From a virus, in IMG/VR virus record IMGVR_UViG_3300025674_000028, positions 9,230 to 73,229 of that record: a DNA stretch of 64,000 nucleotides, one strand, 5' to 3'. The notes under the pieces were generated by a model, which worked only from the letters and a program-made list of their open reading frames with translations, made no database searches and was not told the origin of the DNA. The position numbers were made by a program, and so were the translations under genes. Below are positions 28,435 through 37,381 of this stretch, piece by piece. The stretch's first letter is position 1; each line of letters opens with the position of its first letter.

Positions 28435-29214
28435 ATGTTCGACCTACACCGCAACTTTAAGTCGTCCATCTCCATCAACGACTTGGTCTTGCTGGGCGTC
28501 AAAAAACAGGGCCTGACAATCAGTGTGCGAAAACTTGATGTCTCATTGTGCAATGAGATGGCCCCGTTTGAAATGGACGTCGAAGTAGACACGCTCTTGA
28601 AGCATATGCTGATGGACGCCGAGGCAGAGAAGAGCACACTTTTGCCTTGGCCTGATGAGAGGGCGTGGGTCAATCTCCAGCGGCAGAAACTGGGCATACA
28701 TGAGCAGCAAGCTACCTTCGTCTCGATGCTTGACGGCCTCTGGGGCCTTATCACGAAGTGGCTCGGACATAAGACGCCTGAATTCCTGCTCCAGCTGAGT
28801 GAGAAGAGCAAGACGGCGGGCAAGACATTTGGATATACGCTGGAGCCAGCGATCGTCGTTGTGAAGAAGCTTGACGTTGAACATTTTAAAGACAACGTGT
28901 TCGTCTTCCCTCACGTACTCGCCAGCCTCGACCGTATGACGCACGCATCGTCCGCCATCATGCACTCGCGCTTTATTGCGTCTCCGACTGAGCAAGAGAA
29001 GGCGGGCTCATTGCACGCCAACTTAGAACACGCCATTACTCTAGAAGCGTTTGACAATCTTCCAGAAGATCTTCAACACGACTTGAGGCAGGCGGTAGAA
29101 CAGATGCAGACAATCATCTGCATGTACACGTCCATAGCCACAATGGCTGTGACCATGCGGCGCATTGAGCGTCACTTTACAAATGAAGACACCACGGAAA
29201 AGGCCATAAATTGA
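28435..29214 (+). CDS. Hypothetical protein
   Basis: 259 aa, AGGAG SD. Confidence 0.75.
   Translation: MFDLHRNFKSSISINDLVLLGVKKQGLTISVRKLDVSLCNEMAPFEMDVEVDTLLKHMLMDAEAEKSTLLPWPDERAWVNLQRQKLGIHEQQATFVSMLDGLWGLITKWLGHKTPEFLLQLSEKSKTAGKTFGYTLEPAIVVVKKLDVEHFKDNVFVFPHVLASLDRMTHASSAIMHSRFIASPTEQEKAGSLHANLEHAITLEAFDNLPEDLQHDLRQAVEQMQTIICMYTSIATMAVTMRRIERHFTNEDTTEKAIN
28764..28780 (+). promoter_or_regulatory. Candidate phage promoter, copy 3 (internal, upstream of helicase)
   Basis: cGGACATAAGacgccTG. Confidence 0.6.
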
Positions 29215-29232
29215 GCTTACCAGGGAGGGTAA

Positions 29233-30828
29233 ATGAACAGCCCGATACACGAGCTGTGCCGAAATAATGAGGACGCCGAAGTCCTGGCAGCGATGGCTGT
29301 CACGAAAGACTTCAAGGCTCTCTTAGATGGCACTGTCGATCCCAGATTTATGAGGGAGGAGCAAAGAAAGATCGCCCAAGTGATCATAGACAGGTACTCC
29401 ACTGACGTTGACTGGCCACCGAGTTTTGATGCGCTCTTGGCTGAGTTTGGAGCCAGGGCGTGTTTTCCCGTTGGATGGACAAAGAAGGACATGCAGGGCT
29501 TAAACCTGAACCACTACATTACGCGGTTCAATGCTCAGGCACGCGCATGGGCCATGCAGGACGTTGCCATTAAGTTGTTTCGCAGCGTCCATACGCTTAT
29601 CGGGGAGCACGACAGCGCGCAAGAAGAGGCTATAAGGGAGTTTGCACGCGAAGCGCGCAACATCAGCGACATCGGCAAGCCACGACAAGGCGCTTACGTC
29701 GTCGGTCAGAACCTTGAAGACATTCGGGCGGAAATTACAGGCAAGCGAACACGTACGAGCCTGTGTCGAACACACATCCCTATGCAAAATGCGCTGATTA
29801 GAGCGTATGAGCCTGGGGTGTATCTTTGGTTTTCAAGGATGAAGAACGGCAAGACTCACGAACTCAATCAGATTGTGATTGAGAACGCCGTTGAGGCCGG
29901 ACTTCGTGGCGTGTACGTCGATAGAGAGAACAACCGCAAAGACATCTTGACCAGGATGGCGTGTGCCATTGTCGGTGCGCCGTACCACCACTTCAAGTCT
30001 CTGGCCCTTAAAGTGCACCACTATGACCGTACTCACCAACGAGGAAAGTATCCTCTTGCAGACTTTGATAAGCATCTCTTTGAGCTTGTCATGGACTCGT
30101 TTGAGGAGCTTGCCGCCACAGGTGCGCTGGCAATCATTGACAAGACTGCGAACCAACAAAACCTGCGTGACCCAAGCCGCACTTCGTCCTTTTTTACCAT
30201 CAACGAGGTGTTGCGGGCCGCAGATAAACACGATGCGCAGTGGGTGGCATTTGACCAAATCCAACGCTACGAAATCGACAACCTGCGCAAAGGCGCTGCT
30301 GCAAATGAGCGAATGGAGAAGACGTTTGCGCTGCTCGACAGCTATGACGACCGCATCTTCTTTGGGACTTGTCAGGAAAACCGCGAAGGCGTGGATGAAG
30401 ACACGCAAATGCACTTCCCAAAAACAGCACACATTTACGGAGGTGACACCGCCGCCCAGATGTGCAGCTACCTGTGTCACGTCAGGACGGTACGCATGAT
30501 CCACCCCGTCCTTTACAAGGACATCTATGGCATCGAACGCCAAGCCAAGTTTATGCGCTGCTTCACACCACTGCTGAACAGGCCAGGTGAAGACGCAGGG
30601 ACGCACGCTCGATGGTTCGGTCACTTGGACCACTACAGTTACAGTGAGTACCTGCCGGGGGACATCGGCTTTCCCATGTTCGAAGGGGTTATCGGAGATG
30701 CCCGAGAGGCTGCTGGGCTGCCTCGTGACTGGAAAGAAAAACCAGGAAAGAAATCCGCGAAAGCCGGCAAGTCCATGGGCAAGATGCCGTCATCGTTCAC
30801 GTCGTTCTCATCCGACGACGACGAGTAG
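29233..30828 (+). CDS. Replicative helicase, DnaB/SF4-like
   Basis: Walker A SRMKNGKT, H1a VYVDREN...LTRM, H2 VAFDQIQ, H3 TCQENRE, H4 GGDTAAQ...LNR; adjacent to the primase. Confidence 0.8.
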   Translation: MNSPIHELCRNNEDAEVLAAMAVTKDFKALLDGTVDPRFMREEQRKIAQVIIDRYSTDVDWPPSFDALLAEFGARACFPVGWTKKDMQGLNLNHYITRFNAQARAWAMQDVAIKLFRSVHTLIGEHDSAQEEAIREFAREARNISDIGKPRQGAYVVGQNLEDIRAEITGKRTRTSLCRTHIPMQNALIRAYEPGVYLWFSRMKNGKTHELNQIVIENAVEAGLRGVYVDRENNRKDILTRMACAIVGAPYHHFKSLALKVHHYDRTHQRGKYPLADFDKHLFELVMDSFEELAATGALAIIDKTANQQNLRDPSRTSSFFTINEVLRAADKHDAQWVAFDQIQRYEIDNLRKGAAANERMEKTFALLDSYDDRIFFGTCQENREGVDEDTQMHFPKTAHIYGGDTAAQMCSYLCHVRTVRMIHPVLYKDIYGIERQAKFMRCFTPLLNRPGEDAGTHARWFGHLDHYSYSEYLPGDIGFPMFEGVIGDAREAAGLPRDWKEKPGKKSAKAGKSMGKMPSSFTSFSSDDDE

Positions 30829-30843
30829 CTTTAGGGAGACAAT

Positions 30844-32025
30844 GTGGTGGCCGAAAAGAACGTGCTTGAAGATATTCTGGCGCAAGCTCAGGCGTCGTAT
30901 GAGATCTTTCTTGCAGACGGACTCGACCCTGTTGGTGAAGCACGCCGACAGGTGGAGGTCGCAATTAAGGAGGTGTCTGGACAACTGAAAAAAGTTCGTC
31001 CTGTGGAGTACCGAGGAAAGACAGAGCTGTGGTCTTTGTGCCCCTTCCACGACGATCGCAATGTCGGCAGCTTTTCAGTCGACAGCAGTACCGGCAATCA
31101 CTTTTGCTGGGTCTGCGGGGCACAAGGTGGACTTGTCTCACTGCTAAAGCACTTCGGGCTGTGGACTCAGAAGATGCGCAGCGCTTTTAAGGATATAGAT
31201 CTCACTGCCCTGCTTAAAGGCACGTCAGACCGCGGCAAAGTACAAAGCCTTACGCCTCTTCCAGAGGCGCTGTTGGCCCATATCAAGCAATACAGGCCTC
31301 GGCGCTATGTCTCAAAAGGGCACATGCGTCACATCCTCGACAACATGGAGGTCTGCTACGATGATCAGCATCAGAGAATCTGCTTCCCAGTACGAAGCGC
31401 AACTCAGGACTTGGTGGGGATACAATCAAGGGTTGCGTTTGATACGTCTCAGCATCTGCGCTGGAAATGGTACCGATTTGAGTTGGGTGACATGCAGAAG
31501 TATTTGCTGGAGCCTGAGTTCTTAGATGCCTACGAGCCGCCGCGCAGCACTGTCTTCTACAACGAGCATCAAGTGCTGATTCCGCTGGCTCAGGGCGCAA
31601 TCGACTGCGTCGTAATCGTTGAGGGCATGGGAGGTGCGCTGCGCGTCATGGCTGCGGGGTATCCTGTACTTGCCACATTTGGCACTCGTATGGGTGCAGG
31701 TCAGAAACAGCGCATGCTTAACGCACTGCGTCAAAGCGTCATTTCACGGCACGGACATAAGGTCCGTGTCGTACTGGCTCACGATGGTGACGCGCCTGGT
31801 CGTCAGGCAGCGCTTGAAGTGCTGTTCTACCTGGGCATGGAGGCTGACTGCGTTCTTGCTGAACTGCCGCAGGGGAAAGACCCTGAAGACCTGACTCCTG
31901 CCGCACTGCGTCATACCCTGAGCTCCGCTCAGAGCCTGGATAAAGTCACATCGGACGTTTGGAATGACGCACTGTGTCAGTACTTGGCAACAACTACAAA
32001 GCACAAAAAAAGGGAGGCGCCCTAA
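30844..32025 (+). CDS. DNA primase, DnaG-like (CHC2 zinc finger + TOPRIM)
   Basis: CPFHDDRNVGSFSV...CWVCG, IVEG, HDGDAPG, GKDPED. Confidence 0.9.
   Translation: MVAEKNVLEDILAQAQASYEIFLADGLDPVGEARRQVEVAIKEVSGQLKKVRPVEYRGKTELWSLCPFHDDRNVGSFSVDSSTGNHFCWVCGAQGGLVSLLKHFGLWTQKMRSAFKDIDLTALLKGTSDRGKVQSLTPLPEALLAHIKQYRPRRYVSKGHMRHILDNMEVCYDDQHQRICFPVRSATQDLVGIQSRVAFDTSQHLRWKWYRFELGDMQKYLLEPEFLDAYEPPRSTVFYNEHQVLIPLAQGAIDCVVIVEGMGGALRVMAAGYPVLATFGTRMGAGQKQRMLNALRQSVISRHGHKVRVVLAHDGDAPGRQAALEVLFYLGMEADCVLAELPQGKDPEDLTPAALRHTLSSAQSLDKVTSDVWNDALCQYLATTTKHKKREAP
31752..31768 (+). promoter_or_regulatory. Candidate phage promoter, copy 4 (in the primase 3' part)
   Basis: cGGACATAAGgtccgTG, about 290 nt upstream of 32060. 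Confidence 0.6.
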
Positions 32026-32042
32026 ATATTAAGACGCCTCCC
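32005..32042 (-). terminator. Intrinsic terminator oriented on the minus (antisense) strand
   Basis: Minus-strand RNA GGGAGGCGUCUUAA-UAU-UUAGGGCGCCUCCC-UUUUUUU; 14-bp stem with two G-U pairs that form only in this orientation. Confidence 0.65.
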
Positions 32043-32059
32043 AACGGAGCTTCTATAGC

Positions 32060-33553
32060 ATGACCGAAACACAACCCAACCCAACTGCGCAACCATTGCC
32101 ATCGAACTTGCCGATGTTCCCCGCAATGGTGTCAGCCCCCAGGAGGATCACTCGCAGTATGAGAACCAATAAGCAGACTGTCAATGGTCAAAAGTCGATG
32201 CGGTGTCGCATCGGAGACTATGCGTTCTGGTCTCCTCGATTGTCCCCCATGTATTGGGTGGAACGACAGAAGACCGTGTTGATGCGCTTGATGCCCGTCC
32301 ATCACTGTAAGCGACAAACACTCTACCAAGTCAGAACCCCTGCCGACGTCAGCGTGCTTCCAAAGTGGATGCGGCCCTACGCACACAACAAGTACTACCT
32401 CGGCCCACTTTCCAGCCCTTCGTTTCCGGTATTTGATGACAATTGGACTGCCGACAGGCGATGGGAGTCCATGATGATCGATGACGCTTACAAAGGGATG
32501 CGACTTGAACGAGGGGCAATCACTGTCGAGATTCAGGAAAAAGCTGAAAATGTGTGGAGACTTTTGAGCGCCCCGGAGCACATCCCTCAATTTTCCGCAG
32601 TTAGCAGTGATTTGAGACTGCGTGAGCTGCAATTCAGGTGCGAGTGCATCATTCAAGAGTGTTTTCACAACCCGCTGGGCATGCAGGCGACGACGGACGC
32701 ACTGACTAAAGACTACAAGCAGAGACAGGTCGTAGAACGCGATGTTTACCTTGCGCCGGGGTATTGTATGGCTTGGTGTAAATACGTCGATGCCGGCTCA
32801 GACAAGCTTGGCAAGATGCAGCCGGATGGCGATTATCCGATGCGCAAACCGTTAGGGAATGGCATGCCATACGCTCGGCTGGGTATGACTTGGCTGGAAC
32901 TGTCCAATGACGCCTTGAGCCCTAAATACGCCAGCACGGTAAACTACCACAAACACGCACTTTCGGTTTTTCACATCTGCAAAACGTGCTCCGCCGACCA
33001 ACGCTATCCGTCACTTGAGAAGTATCCCCGCATCCACTTCTCTGACCCCTTCGAATGTAAGCACTGCATTCGTGTGCTGAGCAAGGATGACATAGCTTAC
33101 GACCGACGATTCTTTGCCGGTGCGACAACCGAAGAGTTGGCTATGCACGCACTCTCCCCATGTGAGTGTCCGTCGTGCGGTGCAGTGGATACGCCCAAGG
33201 TGAAGTTGACGTGCAGCAATCCTGACTGCAAGAACCCCCAACCGACTGCACTTGATGACGTCATCACTTACGCAAAGAAAGACTCTGCGGGCGTCTGGCA
33301 GTTTGGCGTCTTTTACATTGACGCAATGCCGTCATTACTGCCACGATGGGAAGATGTCATTGCATCTTACCCTCAAAATATCGGCAGCCTGAACGTCCCT
33401 GCAAACGTCAAAGATGGGTACTACGATCAGTTCGATCCATGTAAAGCCGGGTACTACGTTTATCTCTCGGCACCAGATCAAGTCCGCTTCTTGGGAAGTG
33501 ACTTGTTTAATCCCAGCAGCGAGGCTGCTGAACAACGGAGGTTTGAAGAATGA
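32060..33553 (+). CDS. Cys-rich replication-module protein (possible ssDNA-binding protein)
   Basis: 497 aa with CKTC, CKHC, CPSC and CSNPDC; lies between primase and polymerase. The SSB suggestion is positional inference only. Confidence 0.45.
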   Translation: MTETQPNPTAQPLPSNLPMFPAMVSAPRRITRSMRTNKQTVNGQKSMRCRIGDYAFWSPRLSPMYWVERQKTVLMRLMPVHHCKRQTLYQVRTPADVSVLPKWMRPYAHNKYYLGPLSSPSFPVFDDNWTADRRWESMMIDDAYKGMRLERGAITVEIQEKAENVWRLLSAPEHIPQFSAVSSDLRLRELQFRCECIIQECFHNPLGMQATTDALTKDYKQRQVVERDVYLAPGYCMAWCKYVDAGSDKLGKMQPDGDYPMRKPLGNGMPYARLGMTWLELSNDALSPKYASTVNYHKHALSVFHICKTCSADQRYPSLEKYPRIHFSDPFECKHCIRVLSKDDIAYDRRFFAGATTEELAMHALSPCECPSCGAVDTPKVKLTCSNPDCKNPQPTALDDVITYAKKDSAGVWQFGVFYIDAMPSLLPRWEDVIASYPQNIGSLNVPANVKDGYYDQFDPCKAGYYVYLSAPDQVRFLGSDLFNPSSEAAEQRRFEE

Positions 33554-34212
33554 AGCCACAACTTGCGATGCCTAACGTCATGGGCAAAGAGATGAAAGAG
33601 CGCGTCCGTCTGGCGCAGTTTACCGCCGCGCTGTCCTTACCAGAAACGGCTGAAGACATGGGGTTAGAGTTTGAACGAGGTGCGGACGGAGCCCCATTGC
33701 CAGCAGACGTCAGTTCGGCAAACGCTGACGCCTCGTACTTTGCCACCGTGACGAGCGCCATGCTCACGATGGCGGCGTACAACATCTTCTTTGCGTCTCA
33801 GGACAAGCTTAGAAGAACCAACATTTTGCAGGTCGCAAAGGAAATCGAGCGTACATTCGAAGTCGCGTGGGTTCGACTTGACGCATTTAAGCTGCGTCCT
33901 GAAGGACAAGACCTCCCCCTGATTATTCGCAGGCACATCGCATCATACTTCGTCGCGGTCGGAACTGCCGTCGATCCTGATTTTCTAGAGGTTCTGCGAA
34001 AGGCGACAATCAACTGTCCAACCACACTGCCGCCTACAGACGAGAATTATCTCATCAGTAAGGTGTTCGCATTGCTGATGGCAGACAGCGAAACACAGGC
34101 TCAGTGGCATCAAGCTCGACTCGCAGTTGAACGAGACGCAAAGAAAGCGAAGCAGGCGCTGATGCGCAAGCGCCTTAAGAACAAACGCAAGAGTAAAGAG
34201 GACAAAGCATGA
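33550..34212 (+). CDS. Hypothetical protein with basic C-terminus
   Basis: 220 aa; ATGA overlaps on both sides. Confidence 0.7.
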   Translation: MKPQLAMPNVMGKEMKERVRLAQFTAALSLPETAEDMGLEFERGADGAPLPADVSSANADASYFATVTSAMLTMAAYNIFFASQDKLRRTNILQVAKEIERTFEVAWVRLDAFKLRPEGQDLPLIIRRHIASYFVAVGTAVDPDFLEVLRKATINCPTTLPPTDENYLISKVFALLMADSETQAQWHQARLAVERDAKKAKQALMRKRLKNKRKSKEDKA

Positions 34213-36830
34213 GATTTTCATCGAGGGGTCAGCTGCCAGACTCCCAGTGGATCTGCCACCCAAAAGACGTGGAGCGTGTCGCGCAAGCTCTTGTCGATTA
34301 TCAAGGCATGTATGGCTTTGACACTGAGACAGATGGCCTTGGCTACACGATAGAAAAGGTCAAACGCAAAAGCACGGGGCAAAAGAGTGTTAGTGAAGAC
34401 CATGCCGGAGATGGCCTCGGCGCTTATCTGGAGGTCGTTTGTCTCGCATTTGACAACCAGCGCTACGGCATCGACGTTGGCCATGAGTTTAGAGACAACT
34501 TGAACATCTTGGCTCCCGCGATATGGGAGACGCAAGAGTACTCTTGCTGCTTCAATGCAATCTTTGACTGGAACGTGTGGGAGTACAACCTTCAAGGCAA
34601 ATACTCCCTGACCACCTGCTACGCCGATGGGCTGACCTTATGGCAGCTGTGGGATGAGGACGCGGAGGACACTCACGGCAAGCGCGGACTTAAAGCTCGC
34701 AGCAAGCACTATCTCGGCATCAACATGTCCAGCTTCGGCGATCTTATCTTGAAGCAAGGCGGAATCCGACAATGTCTGCGAGACAGAAAGCTCGCAAAGC
34801 GCACCCGTAACTATTGCTCTAGAGACGCATGGGCGCACCTAGGCATCTGCGCACTGGGAGAGCGCCTGGCTCGAAACCTGACGTGGTGCATGCTGTGCCC
34901 AAAGTGCGACAACCCTGCATACCAGCGCAACCACATCACAAAACAGTGGGTTTGTGCGGACTGTGGCGATGTCAATGGCGGCAAGATGCTGTCTATGTGG
35001 GACTGGCACAAACAAAAAGACATTCCGTTTTTGCAGATTCTCAAGGAGATGGAGCAGGATGGCGTACCAGTCAGTGAACAGTACATGCGACAGTTCATTG
35101 AGCCGCTTGAACAGTCACTTCAAACATCGCTTAAGCAGTTCCAACGCGAAGCCAGCGATGCGCTGGTTAAACTTGGTGGAGACCCTGTAGAAATCACGCC
35201 AAGCTCTCAACAGCTTTCAAAGTTCTACTTTCAAGACTTTGATGTGACAGGCAAGCGCGTGGGTCTTGGACTGCCAGTCATTGAGCGTACAGATGCAGGA
35301 GGAGCGTCCACGACAGAAAAAGTGATGGACGAGCTGACGGTGCGATTCCAAGCGCCAGGCACGACCTCGTTGATGCGCTACAGAAAGATCGAAAAGATTC
35401 TGTCTACATACGCGGAAGGAGCGACGGCGTGCATCTGGGATGACACAAACAGGGTTCACCCAAAGATTCGACCAGACACGGCCACAGGTCGGTGCAGTTG
35501 TCGCCGGCCAAACATGATGAACCTACCGCGAGACCCACTGCAATTCGAGGTCAGTGCAGTTCAGCCTCTGCCAGCAGAGACGGTCGAACAACTCGCGACT
35601 CTGTGGGGCATCGCTGAGTCTGAAGCTCAAGCAGAATTTGACAAGCCATGTTACCACCCATCGAAGTACGCCATTGAGGTGCGGCGCGCCGTGGTAGCAC
35701 CGCCTGGCTACAGTCTTGTCGGGGCTGACTACGCTCAGCTTGAAGTCAGACTGACTGCTGCAGAGAGTCAGGACAGTAAGCTGATTGACATCATCAACAC
35801 AGGCAAAGACATGCACAGCTACACGGCATCAATCGTGTACGCGGCGCAAGTCCCTGGCCTTTCCTACAACGACATTGTGGAGGCAAAGAAATGGAAGGAC
35901 GTTGAGGGTCCAGAAACCTACGCATCAAAGCCTGCGTTGTATCGATTCGCGACGCTGGGGAAGATGCTGCGCAGTAAGCGTGACTTCGATGAGGTATTGA
36001 CCATGCGTTGCCAGCACATGTCTGGAGGCGAAAGGTCGCAGGTGAGGTCGAGTGTTGAAACCGCGGTGTCCAATATAACCAGCGCCCTGAGTGCGCGCGA
36101 CATGCTTGGGGCAGCACAACACAAGATGATTGATGCGGTTGCGCTGGGAGCGTCTGATTCGTGCGTTGCTGAAGGCATCTCGACGATCGAAGCCTTAATG
36201 TCTGTGTGTACTGCTGAAGACATAGACGCTTGCTTCTCAGTGCTCGGCGCTAAAGACAAGGAGCTGCGCGATTTCAGGCAGGCGGCCAAGAACGCCATCT
36301 TTGGCATCATCTACGGCATCGCAGGAGTCGGCTTAGCGGTGCAGATAACCAAGGCCACGGGCGTTGTTTGCGCCCCTGAAGACGCTCAGAAGATTATCGA
36401 GTCAATCAAGACCGAAGCCTACCCAGGCATAGGCATTATGATTGAGCGCCTGCATGAAACTGCAAAAAAATACGGATACGTCCGCACTCAGATGGGGAGA
36501 TACCGGCACCCCGCAGGCGTCCACTCCGGTAACCATCGACATGTCGGGCGTGCGCTGAGGCAGGCAGGCAATGCCCCTATTCAAGGCCTTGCGGCCAACA
36601 TCATGCAAACCATCATGATTGCGCTTCGGCGCGATCCGAAATGGAATGGCATGAAGGCGCGCATGATTATGCAGGTCCATGACGAACTCCTGTCGCTGGT
36701 TCCTGAAGAGCACGCCGATGATGCGCTAGCCCTACAAATTCATCACATGGAGACAAGTCATCGCCTCGTTACTCCATGCCATCTGGCGGCAGAGGGCGGA
36801 GTCGCTAAAGTCTGGTGTGATATTAAGTAG
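34209..36830 (+). CDS. polA: DNA polymerase family A (3'-5' exonuclease + polymerase)
   Basis: ExoI FDTETDG, ExoIII YCSRDA, TATGRCS, motif A ADYAQLEVR, motif B RQAAKNAIFGIIYG, motif C QVHDEL. Confidence 0.95.
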   Translation: MRFSSRGQLPDSQWICHPKDVERVAQALVDYQGMYGFDTETDGLGYTIEKVKRKSTGQKSVSEDHAGDGLGAYLEVVCLAFDNQRYGIDVGHEFRDNLNILAPAIWETQEYSCCFNAIFDWNVWEYNLQGKYSLTTCYADGLTLWQLWDEDAEDTHGKRGLKARSKHYLGINMSSFGDLILKQGGIRQCLRDRKLAKRTRNYCSRDAWAHLGICALGERLARNLTWCMLCPKCDNPAYQRNHITKQWVCADCGDVNGGKMLSMWDWHKQKDIPFLQILKEMEQDGVPVSEQYMRQFIEPLEQSLQTSLKQFQREASDALVKLGGDPVEITPSSQQLSKFYFQDFDVTGKRVGLGLPVIERTDAGGASTTEKVMDELTVRFQAPGTTSLMRYRKIEKILSTYAEGATACIWDDTNRVHPKIRPDTATGRCSCRRPNMMNLPRDPLQFEVSAVQPLPAETVEQLATLWGIAESEAQAEFDKPCYHPSKYAIEVRRAVVAPPGYSLVGADYAQLEVRLTAAESQDSKLIDIINTGKDMHSYTASIVYAAQVPGLSYNDIVEAKKWKDVEGPETYASKPALYRFATLGKMLRSKRDFDEVLTMRCQHMSGGERSQVRSSVETAVSNITSALSARDMLGAAQHKMIDAVALGASDSCVAEGISTIEALMSVCTAEDIDACFSVLGAKDKELRDFRQAAKNAIFGIIYGIAGVGLAVQITKATGVVCAPEDAQKIIESIKTEAYPGIGIMIERLHETAKKYGYVRTQMGRYRHPAGVHSGNHRHVGRALRQAGNAPIQGLAANIMQTIMIALRRDPKWNGMKARMIMQVHDELLSLVPEEHADDALALQIHHMETSHRLVTPCHLAAEGGVAKVWCDIK

Positions 36831-36834
36831 GCTT

Positions 36835-37135
36835 TCGACCTGCACAAAGGGCGTGATCACAAACACTGGCACCCTCTCTGAATGCTTAGCTTTAGAGTGT
36901 TGGAGGTACATCTAAAATAGTGGTGACCCGTGGCTGGTAAGCACAGATGTCTCTATCATGGTGGGGAGCAGAAGTGTGCGGCCTCGTGCCTGATAATACC
37001 GGGTACGAGGCCTTACATTTCGCAACCAAGATATCTGCTTGTCAGGTGTCTAAAAACTTGCCAGGGATCTCGGTCAGTCGGTACATTGACATGCTGAGAC
37101 CTGTCAGCAACGGCAGCATGTGGGCTGCAGGAGGA
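36835..37135 (+). other. Structured intergenic region (candidate ncRNA or origin)
   Basis: About 300 nt with no convincing ORF; long hairpin at 36971-37021 plus several smaller stems. Confidence 0.4.
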
Positions 37136-37140
37136 ACATC

Positions 37141-37308
37141 GTGGAAAAGAACAGCGTCGTGCAGAAGAACAAGCCGCAAGTATTGCGGCTTGGACATAAG
37201 ACCAGCGCCAGACGCCCTGAGCCTCGCTGCCCTGTATGCGGTAAAGACGCAATGCAAGTAGGTCAGACTTTGAAATGTCCAGACCACGGCTCTAGGCCCT
37301 GGGAGTGA
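37141..37308 (+). CDS. Small zinc-ribbon protein (55 aa)
   Basis: AGGAGG SD and GTG start; MEKNSV...KTSA...CPVCG...CPDHGSRPWE. Confidence 0.75.
   Translation: MEKNSVVQKNKPQVLRLGHKTSARRPEPRCPVCGKDAMQVGQTLKCPDHGSRPWE
37191..37207 (+). promoter_or_regulatory. Candidate phage promoter, copy 5 (upstream of the Cas4-like gene)
   Basis: tGGACATAAGaccagCG; shares the 15-nt string ttggacataagacca with copy 2. Confidence 0.6.
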
Positions 37309-37381
37309 ATTCCCCTCACTCCCACTGCTTAGTGTGACCCCGTAAGTCAGTATCTGCTGACACAACATGAGGAGATTTAGC

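Noticed and set aside
35890-36260. PolA insertion as an intein
   Set aside because: No Cys/Ser start with His-Asn end, and no LAGLIDADG-like motif
37085-37115. TTGACA as a host sigma70 -35 element
   Set aside because: No -10 hexamer at 16-18 nt spacing
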